A stretch of DNA of 64,000 nt from contig OY762492.1 in the NCBI GenBank assembly GCA_963665845.2, forward strand, positions 1 through 64,000, given 5' to 3'. Position 1 is the first letter of the stretch. Each line of letters opens with the position of its first letter. The notes beneath the pieces were generated by a model that saw only the letters and a list, made by a program, of their open reading frames with translations, was not told the DNA's origin and searched no databases. Made by a program: the position numbers and the translations under genes. This document shows positions 28,201-37,932 of the stretch, piece by piece. This DNA is from Candidatus Poribacteria bacterium (lineage in GTDB: Bacteria; Poribacteria; WGA-4E; GCA-2687025).

Positions 28201-28446
28201 ATGAAGCGAACGCGCCGCGAAGAAAGAAACCGACTTGACCTGTTCGACGCCGCCCTGCTGCTGGCGGAAGGGCAAGCCCGCGCCGACAGCCCGCATGGAC
28301 AGGACAGCCCAAACTGGGCGGACTTTATCGAAAACCTGTCGCGCATTTCAAACGATTTCGCGCAGGCGAGAGCCGACAAGACGGACATCGTCCCGCTTGA
28401 AATCGCCGCGCAGCGCTCCGCCCGAATGGAAATGAGCGCCGACTAA
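28201..28446 (+). CDS. Small hypothetical protein (81 aa)
   Basis: AAGGAGG RBS + ATG at 28201; follows the sigma54 site; stops 3 nt from the recG stop. Confidence 0.6.
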   Translation: MKRTRREERNRLDLFDAALLLAEGQARADSPHGQDSPNWADFIENLSRISNDFAQARADKTDIVPLEIAAQRSARMEMSAD

Positions 28447-28449
28447 GAA

Positions 28450-30678
28450 TCAGCCGACCGAGGCCAAACGCAGCCGACCGCCCCATTTGCGCTTCAGCCA
28501 AGCGCGAACGGCATCGCAGCTCGGATCCATCAGATCTGGGCAACTTTCAAGAAAGGCGGCGGCTGCGCCGCGCGCGGCTTTCAACGCCTCGCTGTCGCGC
28601 GTCAAATGCGCCATCGTCAAATCAGGCAAGCCCGACTGCCTCGTGCCTAACACCTCGCCCGGTCCGCGGATTTCCAGATCCCTCTCCGCAATCTCAAACC
28701 CGTCTGTCGTTTCAACCATCGCCTCCAAACGCGCCTGCGACTCGTCCGTCTTTCCCCAGCCGACCAGCGCGCAATACGATTGATGTTCCCCCCGCCCAAC
28801 GCGCCCGCGCAACTGATGCAGCTGCGACAAGCCGAACCGATCCGCATGGATGACGATCATGAGCGAAGCGTTCGGGACATCGATGCCGACCTCGATCACC
28901 GTCGTTGAAACGAGAACATGCGTCTCGCCTGATTTAAACTTCTCCATCGCTTCCAGCTTTTCCGCGCCGCTCATGCGCCCATGCAGCAGCCCGACGTTCC
29001 ACTCCGGCAGCCGATTCGACAAGCGGCGATGCCCTTCCACCGCGTCGCGTATATCCTCCATTGCTTCGGAGCTTTCCACAAGCGGATAGACCACATACGC
29101 CTGCCGCCCCTTGCGCAGCTCATTCTCCAGAAAGCCAAGCAGCCGCTCTAGGTCAACCCTTGTTTCGTTAAATCGCTTCGTCTCAACCTCCAGCCGACCC
29201 GCCGGCAATTCATCAATCACGCTTTGGGACAGATCGCCGTAGGCGGTCAAGGCGAGCGTGCGCGGAATGGGGGTCGCCGTCATCACAAGAATATCCGGCG
29301 ATTTCCCTTTATCCGCCAGCCGCTTCCGCTGAAGGACGCCGAACCGGTGCTGCTCATCCACCACCGCAAGCCCAAGGCGGGCGAACTTCACATCCGGCTC
29401 AATGAGCGCATGCGTCCCGACAGCGACGTTGGCGTAGCCGGTCTCCAGCGCCGCCAGCGCCGTCCGCCGCTCTCCCGCCGGCATACCTCCTTTTAGCAAG
29501 ACCGTCTGAATGCCGATCGGCGACAGGAACTCCCGCATCGTTTCGTAATGCTGATGCGCCAGCGCCTCCGTCGGCGCCATCAAAACGCCTTGATAATCGT
29601 TGTCGACCGCATGCGCCATCGCCATCGCCGAAACGACCGTTTTGCCGGAGCCGACATCCCCCTGGAGCAGACGGTTCATTGGGCTTGGCGAATGCATGTC
29701 GTCTTCAATTTCGTTCAGGGCGTCCCGCTGCGCCTTCGTTAGCTGAAACGGCAGGCGTTTCAAAAGCGCCTTTGCCTTCTTCCCGTCTGTTCTAAACGCG
29801 ATGCCGCTGCGCAGCGTCTCGTTCCGCCGGCGCATCAACAGCAACCCCAGCTGAAGCAGATAAAACTCCTCAAAAATGATGCGCCGCCGCGCTTGGCGCA
29901 GCTCTTCAGGCGAATCGGGCAGATGAATCTGAAGCGCCGCGCGGGCGCGCCCGATGAGAGAATGCCGCCGGCGTATTTCCAGCGGAATCGTCTCCGGCAT
30001 GGCGCCCGCATATTCCCGCGCCATGTCCGCCATCAAACTGCGCATGGAACGCTGCTGCAAGCCGGCGGTCAACTGGTACACGGGAACGATCCGCCCCGTA
30101 TGAATCAAATCCGCCTCTTCGTCTGTCAACTTTTCATACTCGAACTGCGATGTTTCAATTCCCCAGTCTGAACGCTTGAACTTCCCGCTGACGACGACCG
30201 CGTCGCCCAGTTTCAGCCCTTTTTTCAAATAGCGGGCGCGCTCTCGAAAAGCGACCAGCGCGGCGCCGTCCGTCCCGTCGTAGATAAAAATCTTTGTGAA
30301 CGATTGACCAGACCGCGTCGGGATGTCCTTCTTGTCGGCAACTTTGCCATGGATCGTCTCAACCCGGTTGGAGCGCCCCGCGTCGCAGATGGGCATCAGT
30401 TCGCCCCTGTCGAAATAAGAGCGCGGATAATTGTCGAGGCAGTCGCCGATGGTCTTTATGCCCAGCTTCTCAAGCTGCTTGAGACGCGAGGCGCTCATGC
30501 GCCTGAACGCCGTAATCGGTTTGTCTATAACCTCAAACTCTGAAGCGGAATGGTCGACGGGCCCGTGCGGCCCGCCGTCGTTCGGCGGGTTTAAAAACTC
30601 AAACGGGTTTTCCAGCGATTCCTCTTCGCCGTTCTTTTTTCGCTTGTTTCTTGGGTTATCGAACAGAGACTGTTTCAT
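28450..30678 (-). CDS. recG: ATP-dependent DNA helicase RecG
   Basis: 'RLLQGDVGSGKT', 'DEQHRFG', 'MTATPIPRTL', 'QLRGRVGRG', 'RGPGE'. Confidence 0.97.
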   Translation of the reverse strand: MKQSLFDNPRNKRKKNGEEESLENPFEFLNPPNDGGPHGPVDHSASEFEVIDKPITAFRRMSASRLKQLEKLGIKTIGDCLDNYPRSYFDRGELMPICDAGRSNRVETIHGKVADKKDIPTRSGQSFTKIFIYDGTDGAALVAFRERARYLKKGLKLGDAVVVSGKFKRSDWGIETSQFEYEKLTDEEADLIHTGRIVPVYQLTAGLQQRSMRSLMADMAREYAGAMPETIPLEIRRRHSLIGRARAALQIHLPDSPEELRQARRRIIFEEFYLLQLGLLLMRRRNETLRSGIAFRTDGKKAKALLKRLPFQLTKAQRDALNEIEDDMHSPSPMNRLLQGDVGSGKTVVSAMAMAHAVDNDYQGVLMAPTEALAHQHYETMREFLSPIGIQTVLLKGGMPAGERRTALAALETGYANVAVGTHALIEPDVKFARLGLAVVDEQHRFGVLQRKRLADKGKSPDILVMTATPIPRTLALTAYGDLSQSVIDELPAGRLEVETKRFNETRVDLERLLGFLENELRKGRQAYVVYPLVESSEAMEDIRDAVEGHRRLSNRLPEWNVGLLHGRMSGAEKLEAMEKFKSGETHVLVSTTVIEVGIDVPNASLMIVIHADRFGLSQLHQLRGRVGRGEHQSYCALVGWGKTDESQARLEAMVETTDGFEIAERDLEIRGPGEVLGTRQSGLPDLTMAHLTRDSEALKAARGAAAAFLESCPDLMDPSCDAVRAWLKRKWGGRLRLASVG

Positions 30679-32807
30679 CCTTTTTGACGGACGCGCGCCG
30701 CCCGCCGCACCCCCTTAACCCGCATGATCGCGTCCAAAGCCGCGCGTAGATGCTGCGCGTCGTTCACCTGTATGCGCCAGTAATGCATCGCGGTGAAAGC
30801 GTCCGGCGTTTTCACATGTCCCTCATGGATATTGACGCCCATGGCGGCGATCGCCTCAGCGACATCGCGCACCAGCCCCTTCCGGTCGTCGCTCTCAACA
30901 ATAATATCGGTCGGATACGATTCATTGCCGGAGGCGCTCCACTGTATCGGGCGCACCCGTTCAAACTCGCTTGAGATGCGCGGGCAATTGCGCAGATGCA
31001 CCGTCACGCCGCGCCCCCGCGTAACATACCCGACCACATCGTCTCCAGGCACAGGGGCGCAGCACTTCGCAATGCGCGTCTCCGTGTGGGCGATGCCGTC
31101 CAGACGCGCGTCAATCATCTGCGGCAGGGTCGGCTTGCTCGGCGGCGGAAGCTCGCCCGGCGGCGCCAGCATATGGTAGATGCGCTGGGCGGAGATTTGA
31201 CGAGAACCGACATCCGCCAGCAGCGCCTCCGGCGACGACGCGCCCAGCTCCTCCGCCAGGCGATTCAACGATTCAGGCGTCAAGAGGCCCGCCGCCGTTA
31301 GCTTGTGTTCACGCAGCTCCGTTTCGATCAGCTGGCGCCCGATGGCGACATTGCGCTCAAACTCTTGCTCTCTCCACCAGCGCTTGATCTTGTTGCGCGC
31401 TCTGCCTGTTTTCACAAAGCGAAGCCAGTCGCGCGAGGGGCGGGCGCCTGTGTCCGTTAAAATCTCCACCACATCGCCGCTGCGCAGCTCGGAACGCAGC
31501 GGAACAATGCGCCCGTTCACCTTGGCGCCCGCCGCTGTCAAGCCGACCTCCGTATGAACCGAGAACGCAAAGTCGATCGGCGTAACGCCGGACGGAAAGC
31601 TCTTTAAGTCGCCGTTCGGCGTGAAGACAAAGATCTCGTCGTCGAACAGCCCCTCGCCGATTGTCTGAATAAACTCGTTCGGGTTGCGGACGTCGCGTAT
31701 CTGCTCAAGCAGCTGGCGGAACCAAGCGAACTGGTCGATGGAGCCGTTCAACGCGCCGCCTGTCGGACCCGATTCTTTATAGAGCCAGTGAGAGGCGATG
31801 CCGAACTCGCAGACGCGATGCATCTCATAGGTGCGTATCTGCGCCTCAACCGAACGGGCGCGGTCCATGATCGTCGTATGGAGCGAGCGGTACATGTTCG
31901 ATTTCGGCGTTGCGATGTAGTCTTTGAACCGCCCATGTTTCGGCGGCCATTTGGAATGCAGCAGCCCAAGCGCCAGATAACAGTCGCTTTTCTCCTTGAC
32001 CAGCGCGCGAAATGCGATCAGGTCGTGGATCTCTTCAAACGGAATGCCCCGCACCGTGATTTTTTGATGGATGCTGTAAAAATGCTTGGGGCGCCCAAAC
32101 ACCTGGCTTCCCTCAATGCCGCCCTCTTCAAGCGTCTCCTGAATCTTCTCCGCCATTTCAACAGCGTACGATTCGCGTTCATCCCGCCTTTCCGCCACCT
32201 TTGCGGCGATCTCGCTGTATTTTTCAGGCTCCAGCGTCTTGAACGACAGGTCTTCCAGCTGGGTGCGAATGCGGTGGATGCCGAGCCGCGCCGCCAAAGG
32301 CGCATAAATGTCCAGCGTCTCTTTGGCGATCCGCCGCCGCTTCATCGCCTCCAAAAACTGTATCGTCTGCATGTTATGGAGCCTGTCCGCCAGTTTCACG
32401 ATGACGACGCGCACATCGCGCGCCATCGCCAGCACCATCTTGCGGTAGTTTTCAACCTGCCGCTCCTCGAAGACCTGAAACGGCAGCGCGCCCAGCTTGG
32501 TGACCCCCTCCACCAAAGAGGCGATCTCCGACCCGAAATACCCGGTCAAATGCTCCACATGCACATTTGTGTCTTCTAAAACGTCATGGAGCAGCCCGGC
32601 GCAGACGGTCGGCAGGTCCATACGCATTTCGATCAGTATCTTTGCCGCTTCATACGGATGCTCAAAATAGGGGCGGTTGGAACGGCGCAGCTGTCCGCGG
32701 TGCTTCTCTTCGGCGTACTCGTACGAAAGGCGCAGGAGCGCGGCGTCATCCTCCTCAAGATCCGGTTGATATTCCCGCATCAGCGTCAACAGCTCTTCAG
32801 CGCTCAT
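30675..32807 (-). CDS. relA: Bifunctional (p)ppGpp synthetase/hydrolase Rel (RelA/SpoT)
   Basis: Intact HD 'LLHDVLED', 'RFKDY', 'YRSLHT', TGS, ZFD 'AKCCAPVPGD', ACT. Confidence 0.96.
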   Translation of the reverse strand: MSAEELLTLMREYQPDLEEDDAALLRLSYEYAEEKHRGQLRRSNRPYFEHPYEAAKILIEMRMDLPTVCAGLLHDVLEDTNVHVEHLTGYFGSEIASLVEGVTKLGALPFQVFEERQVENYRKMVLAMARDVRVVIVKLADRLHNMQTIQFLEAMKRRRIAKETLDIYAPLAARLGIHRIRTQLEDLSFKTLEPEKYSEIAAKVAERRDERESYAVEMAEKIQETLEEGGIEGSQVFGRPKHFYSIHQKITVRGIPFEEIHDLIAFRALVKEKSDCYLALGLLHSKWPPKHGRFKDYIATPKSNMYRSLHTTIMDRARSVEAQIRTYEMHRVCEFGIASHWLYKESGPTGGALNGSIDQFAWFRQLLEQIRDVRNPNEFIQTIGEGLFDDEIFVFTPNGDLKSFPSGVTPIDFAFSVHTEVGLTAAGAKVNGRIVPLRSELRSGDVVEILTDTGARPSRDWLRFVKTGRARNKIKRWWREQEFERNVAIGRQLIETELREHKLTAAGLLTPESLNRLAEELGASSPEALLADVGSRQISAQRIYHMLAPPGELPPPSKPTLPQMIDARLDGIAHTETRIAKCCAPVPGDDVVGYVTRGRGVTVHLRNCPRISSEFERVRPIQWSASGNESYPTDIIVESDDRKGLVRDVAEAIAAMGVNIHEGHVKTPDAFTAMHYWRIQVNDAQHLRAALDAIMRVKGVRRAARVRQKG

Positions 32808-35488
32808 GGCGCGCTCCCTTCTCGACGATAAGTCCGCAGCGCCTCATACACATCCTGCGCGGTCGCCTTTGCCCAAAAACGGGACTGTATTTCAAACGCG
32901 AGCCGATCAACGCGGCCGCGCCGATAGGTCGGCGACGCCTCAATCTCTTTTCGCCCAACATCTTTCGCTCTGTAACTTCCGCCGTTCGACGCGCCGATTC
33001 GTTCGTAAAGGTCCATCTCCTCAAAGACGCTTTTTGCATGGGAGAATCCAGCCTGCAGCGGTTCTGACAGCGCTTCCATCCAGTCCGTTTCCAGCATCGG
33101 CGCTTTTTGAGACGCCAGCGGTCTGTAGATTTCCCGCAGCGCGTTCTTGTCAGGCCGGGCTAAAGCGTACAGCCGCCGCGCGTGTTCAATATCGTTCTCG
33201 TTAAACAGCAGAACCGCTCTGCGCGTCTCCGACCCGCTCGGCTCTCCTTTTCCCCAACCGACAAACAACGGAGATGTCTGTATAAAGAATGTCTCGATGT
33301 CGTCCGGCGGATGACAGAACAGTACCGCCCGCGCCGCTTCCCATTTCAACTCCCCCGACTCCCCCGACTCTCCCGCCTCCGCCGCGTCGGTCAACGAAAC
33401 GGACGAGATGACCGCGTCCAGCTCTCCGTTCAAAAGGCGGCCGACCGCTTCCTGCCGTTCCTCCATGCGCGTACTCCGCGAACAGAACGCGGCGGTCTCA
33501 TGCTCCTTTAAAATGCCCTGCGCCTGCTCCAAAGCCGCGTCGTCCCGCACATAAACCAGCGCGGCGCCTTCTCGGTTTGTCAGCCAGCGCTGAAGATACT
33601 CTGCCTTGTTGACGCCCCGCGCATCCTCCACCCGCAGCCAGACCGCGCGCGGCGACGGCGGATAGGTTTTTAGATTCATACCCGGCAGCGGCGGGCGTAT
33701 CTTCCAGTCCTCCGCGGTCAGTTGAACGCTCTTTCGCCCTTTATACTCGTTGATTTCAACCCGCCCCGCGACATTCACCTCCGCTTTCGGCGTCCGCAGC
33801 GGCGTGGCATATTCAGCGCCCCGCCAACTGACAACCCGAATGGTTCGAGTTCCGTCGGTCAGCGCCGCCGCAAGATGCGCCTTGTCCTTGCCCATCAGAA
33901 GCGGCGTCCCGCCTGCCCGCAGACCGCGTACGCCGACAACGACGGCTGGATTGCCTTCGCCAAACGGCTCCAGCAAGTTCAGCTCCTCCACTTCTCGAAC
34001 GTTCAGCGCGTCCAACGGAAGTACCGCCTCCACGTCCAACTTCGGCTGCAGATCCTTCTCGGAAAGCCTCGCGCGCGCGATTCTTAAAAACGCTTCGCGC
34101 AGGTCTTTCACCTTCTCCCGTTTCACCGTCATGCCCGCCGCCGCCGCATGTCCGCCGAAGGTTTCCATATGCTCGCGGCACTCCATGAGCGCTTTTTGGA
34201 TATGGAATTCTGGTATGCTGCGCGCCGATCCGCGCCCGATCTCTCCGTCAAGCGCAATCAGCGTTGTCGGGCGCCAGTACCGCTCCGCCAAGCGCGCCGC
34301 CGCGATCCCGACGACGCCTGAATTCCAGCCGTCCCTTGCGACAAGAATCGCGGCGTCCCGTTTCAGATCGGCGTTTTTGCGCAGATACGCTTCGGCATCC
34401 TTGACGACCGCGTCCTGAATCTCGCGCCGCCGCTGGTTTTTTTCGTTTAAATCGTCCGCAATCTCCTTCGCCCGCTCTTCCGACTCGGCGCGGAGCAGCT
34501 CCACCGCCTGCTGCGCCGTCTCCAAACGCCCCGCCGCGTTCAAGCGCGGACCGAGGCGAAAACCGACATCCCCGCTCCGAATCGGCGCGTTGGAAGCGAT
34601 CCCGCTCACGCCGCACAAGGCGCGTATCCCAGGGCGCCGCCGCTCCGACATGACCTCCAAGCCGATCTTAGCAAGAACGCGGTTTTCGCCCGTCAATTCC
34701 GCCACATCCGCGATGGTGCCAAGCGCCGTCAAGTCCAGCAGGCTGCGCAAAACGTCGGAGCTTTCCACATCCCCCCCGATGAGCGCATGCGCCAGTTTGA
34801 ACGCCAGCCCGACGCCCGCCAGATGCTCATACGGATAATCATGACCCTGCAGTTTTGGATTCACCCGCGCCGCCGTATTCAACGGAAGGCGCAGATCGTC
34901 CACCGCGTGATGATCGATGACGATCACATCCATGCCCGGCGCGTCCAGCCCCATAGAGTCGTCGCCGAGCGTGTCGAGACCGAGCGTGTCATGGACGGCG
35001 CGCTTCGTCCCAAGCCGCTCCGCCTCTTCGATGCGGTCGCGCGCGGTGATGCCGCAGTCGACCGTGATGAGCAGGTCTCCGCCGCCCGCTTGGATCTTGT
35101 CCACCGCTTCGGCGTTCATGCCGTAGCCTTCGCGGAATCGGTTTGGGATATAAAATTCGGGTTCGGCGCCGAGATGCGTCAGCGCGTCCATCAACAGGGC
35201 GACGGAGGTGGCGCCGTCCACATCGTAATCGCCATACACAACAATTTTTTCGTTCTTGTTGAGGGCGCGCTGAATCCGATCCACCGCCGCCCCCATGCCC
35301 GGCAAACGCATCGGATCATGCAGATGCGAGAGGGAAGGCTCCAGAAACGCGCGCGCCGCGGACTCGGTATCAATGCCGCGGTTTAGAAGCGCCTGCGCCG
35401 TCAGGGGAGAGACGCCGGCGTCCACGCTCAACTGCGCAGCCGCTTTCGCTTGAAACGGTTTCGTCTGCCATACTCGCTGTTGACGCAT
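32804..35488 (-). CDS. recJ: Single-stranded-DNA exonuclease RecJ with long C-terminal extension
   Basis: 'YGDYDVDG', 'TVDCG', 'IDHH', 'PRLNAAGR', 'GGHAAAAG', 'LEPFGEGNP'. Confidence 0.95.
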   Translation of the reverse strand: MRQQRVWQTKPFQAKAAAQLSVDAGVSPLTAQALLNRGIDTESAARAFLEPSLSHLHDPMRLPGMGAAVDRIQRALNKNEKIVVYGDYDVDGATSVALLMDALTHLGAEPEFYIPNRFREGYGMNAEAVDKIQAGGGDLLITVDCGITARDRIEEAERLGTKRAVHDTLGLDTLGDDSMGLDAPGMDVIVIDHHAVDDLRLPLNTAARVNPKLQGHDYPYEHLAGVGLAFKLAHALIGGDVESSDVLRSLLDLTALGTIADVAELTGENRVLAKIGLEVMSERRRPGIRALCGVSGIASNAPIRSGDVGFRLGPRLNAAGRLETAQQAVELLRAESEERAKEIADDLNEKNQRRREIQDAVVKDAEAYLRKNADLKRDAAILVARDGWNSGVVGIAAARLAERYWRPTTLIALDGEIGRGSARSIPEFHIQKALMECREHMETFGGHAAAAGMTVKREKVKDLREAFLRIARARLSEKDLQPKLDVEAVLPLDALNVREVEELNLLEPFGEGNPAVVVGVRGLRAGGTPLLMGKDKAHLAAALTDGTRTIRVVSWRGAEYATPLRTPKAEVNVAGRVEINEYKGRKSVQLTAEDWKIRPPLPGMNLKTYPPSPRAVWLRVEDARGVNKAEYLQRWLTNREGAALVYVRDDAALEQAQGILKEHETAAFCSRSTRMEERQEAVGRLLNGELDAVISSVSLTDAAEAGESGESGELKWEAARAVLFCHPPDDIETFFIQTSPLFVGWGKGEPSGSETRRAVLLFNENDIEHARRLYALARPDKNALREIYRPLASQKAPMLETDWMEALSEPLQAGFSHAKSVFEEMDLYERIGASNGGSYRAKDVGRKEIEASPTYRRGRVDRLAFEIQSRFWAKATAQDVYEALRTYRREGSAP

Positions 35489-35552
35489 GTCGCTGCCCCA
35501 TCCCAGCGGCGAAGACGGAACGAGCATTCCCGCGCAGGCGTCCGATCAAACG

Positions 35553-36590
35553 CTATACGCCCAACGGAATCGCGACGCCGTACTCCGCCGATGTCATCGC
35601 CGCGTCGTACACTTTCATTAAACGAACCATCTGCTCCGCCGTCACGATTAAATCCGCCTCGCCGCGCAGCGCCTCCGCCACATTTCGGTAGTAACCCCGC
35701 CAGTTGCCGCGCGCGGTGTCCATGATGAACTCTTTTCGATCCCCGTCTCGGTTTGACCAGACGAGAGCGCGGTCTTTCGGGTCCTCTTCCGCCTCGTCGA
35801 TTCGACCCTCTTTCATGTACGGCTCCTGCGGATCAATTCCCGTTTTGACAAGCGCGCCCGCGTCCCCAAACACCGCAAAGCGCGGACGGGCGTACATCGA
35901 CAGGTTGCCGACTTCGACGCGGAAGATGGCGCCGCCTTCAAAGTTCAGGTTGACGCGCACATAGCTGCCGATGTCCACATCCCATTTTCGGCTCTGTATC
36001 TGGCAATAGACGCTCTCCACCTTGCCGGGAACCAGCAGCAGCGCTTGATCCATCAGATGCGCGCCCCAGTCGAACAGAATGCCGCCGCTCTCGCTTTTGA
36101 CGCTGCGCCAGCCGCCGGGTTTTCCGTAACGCATGATCGCCGATTCGTAAAGATAAGGCTCGCCCAGCCAGCCGTCCTGTATCGCCTTCTGAACCGTCAA
36201 AAAATCCCAGTCCCATCGGCGGTTGTGAAAAACGGAGAAGAGAACGCCGTTGCGCTCCGCCGCGTCAGACAGATCGATCGTCTCCGCCGCGTTCATGGCG
36301 ACAATCTTATCGGTCACCAGATGCTTGCCCGCGTCCATCGCCGCGACGCCCAGGTCGCGGTGCGTGTCATGCGGCGTCGCCAAGACAACCAGATCAATAT
36401 CGCTGTCGTTCAGTACCTCGTCCATGCTGCCGACCACGTTCACATCGGGATGCTCTTGGCGCGCTCTGGCTTGCCGCTCCTCGTTGCGCGTTGAAATCGT
36501 ATGCAGCCGTATTCCCTCCTCAAGCCCAATCAGGTAGGAGTGGAAGGACCGCCCCGCAAATCCGTAACCGATCACCGCCGCGTTGATCAT
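35553..36590 (-). CDS. Gfo/Idh/MocA oxidoreductase (YdgJ/IolW-like)
   Basis: 'VIGYGFAGRSFH', 'FHNRRWD', 'GGILFDWGAHLMDQ'. Confidence 0.9.
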   Translation of the reverse strand: MINAAVIGYGFAGRSFHSYLIGLEEGIRLHTISTRNEERQARARQEHPDVNVVGSMDEVLNDSDIDLVVLATPHDTHRDLGVAAMDAGKHLVTDKIVAMNAAETIDLSDAAERNGVLFSVFHNRRWDWDFLTVQKAIQDGWLGEPYLYESAIMRYGKPGGWRSVKSESGGILFDWGAHLMDQALLLVPGKVESVYCQIQSRKWDVDIGSYVRVNLNFEGGAIFRVEVGNLSMYARPRFAVFGDAGALVKTGIDPQEPYMKEGRIDEAEEDPKDRALVWSNRDGDRKEFIMDTARGNWRGYYRNVAEALRGEADLIVTAEQMVRLMKVYDAAMTSAEYGVAIPLGV

Positions 36591-37051
36591 GTGCCGCTTC
36601 CTGTTTCTGTTCCGTCTGTGTCGCCGTCCGTTTCATCCGCGCCGCCGGCTTCGTAATCGTCTAACCGTTCGCCTCGGCGGTGCGCCTCAATCTGTTTTTC
36701 AAGGTATTCGCCCTCGTGCCGATCGTATTCGGTCACATAGCGCGCTTGCTCCATCGCCTCGTCGTAGCGCTGGAATTCCATGTATATTTTTGCTAAGTAT
36801 TCATGCATCTCTCGGAAGAGTCCGTCCCAGTTCTTCTCGCCTTTCATCGCCAGAAGACGCTCGGCGTCCTCCATCGCTTCAGCGGCAAGTTCATTCATGG
36901 CGGGCGGGTCGCCCCGTCCGTTTTCAGCGTTTTCGGCATTCTGCTCGCTTTCGCGGCGCAGCTGCGCCAAGGCGGCGTCCATCGTTTTATAGACGCGCTC
37001 GATATTCAAATCTGTCCAGCGACGGTACGCCGCCAAAAGACGCTGTATCAT
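36587..37051 (-). CDS. Hypothetical helical (TPR-like) protein
   Basis: In-operon 4-nt overlap; 'HEYLAKIYMEFQRYDEA' TPR-like helix. Confidence 0.7.
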   Translation of the reverse strand: MIQRLLAAYRRWTDLNIERVYKTMDAALAQLRRESEQNAENAENGRGDPPAMNELAAEAMEDAERLLAMKGEKNWDGLFREMHEYLAKIYMEFQRYDEAMEQARYVTEYDRHEGEYLEKQIEAHRRGERLDDYEAGGADETDGDTDGTETGSGT

Positions 37052-37060
37052 TGCTGCCGC

Positions 37061-37552
37061 TTACGAGCTGAGCGTCACCTGAATCACATTGCCCGACAGT
37101 TCCGCCGGGTACTGGTTGAGCGGTCCTGAATTGACCGCCGGACCGCGCAGCGCCTTGCCGTTCAGGTCGAACCCTGACGAGTGGCAGGGGCATCTGAACT
37201 CGGCATCGTCGGCGCTGTATTTTGTCTTGCATTTTTTGTGCGAGCAGACGTTTTCCAGCGCGATCACTTCGGTTTGCGATTTCCGCACCACGAAGAAATC
37301 TTTGCCGCGGTATTTGACATGCTTGACCCCGCCCACTTTCTGCAGTTCGGGCGCGTCTGCCAAGGGCTGCCGGTAGCGCGGAGCCGCCGCGTCCGCGGTT
37401 TGAGATGAGCTGGACGCCCCAGGCGGCGTTCCGACAACGGAAGCGCATCCCGCGGCGGCCGACGCCGCCAAAGCTCCGCCCGCCGCCGCGGCGCGCGTCA
37501 AGAATTCGCGCCGTTTCAGGTCGCCGTCGTTCGCGCGTTTTTGATCAGACAT
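37061..37552 (-). CDS. Tat-exported Rieske (2Fe-2S) protein, probable lipoprotein
   Basis: 'KRREFL' twin-arginine, 'AAGC' lipobox, 'CSHKKC' and 'CPCHSS' Rieske boxes; GGAG RBS. Confidence 0.9.
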   Translation of the reverse strand: MSDQKRANDGDLKRREFLTRAAAAGGALAASAAAGCASVVGTPPGASSSSQTADAAAPRYRQPLADAPELQKVGGVKHVKYRGKDFFVVRKSQTEVIALENVCSHKKCKTKYSADDAEFRCPCHSSGFDLNGKALRGPAVNSGPLNQYPAELSGNVIQVTLSS

Positions 37553-37566
37553 TCTGTTCTCCATTT

Positions 37567-37785
37567 CTATCGTATCGTGAACGGAAGCAGCGCCAGATGG
37601 CGCGCCCGTTTGATCGCCAGTTGCAATTTGCGCTGACCCTTCGATGTGAGATAGGTCGTGCGCCGAGGACGAATTTTCCCCGTCTCCGTAATATAAAAGC
37701 GAATCGCCAGCAGATTCTTGTAATCCAGCTGCGATTCCAGCTCCTCCACCTGCTCTTTTGTCAAGCGCCGATTGCGCCGAACCAT
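37567..37785 (-). CDS. rpsR: 30S ribosomal protein S18 (Cys-free form)
   Basis: 'DYKN', '[12 protein letters not shown]', '[19 protein letters not shown]'. Confidence 0.93.
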   Translation of the reverse strand: MVRRNRRLTKEQVEELESQLDYKNLLAIRFYITETGKIRPRRTTYLTSKGQRKLQLAIKRARHLALLPFTIR

Positions 37786-37830
37786 CTGCAAAATCTAATC
37801 CTCTCAAAAAACGCCGCTATTTTCAACTTT

Positions 37831-37859
37831 ATCATACCCCGATCCGCCCTGCCTGTCAA
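37831..37859 (-). promoter_or_regulatory. sigma70 promoter upstream of rpsR
   Basis: TTGACA-17 nt-TATGAT on the minus strand. Confidence 0.75.
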
Positions 37860-37932
37860 CAAGAATATTCTGACCGAGGGTATGCCCATGCGGGGATATT
37901 TATTTTACCTTAAAGCGTCCACGCCGCGGGTA

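Noticed and set aside
37553-37807. N-terminal extension of the Rieske ORF in the track (248 aa)
   Set aside because: Overlaps rpsR in another frame; the Tat signal and RBS place the start at 37552
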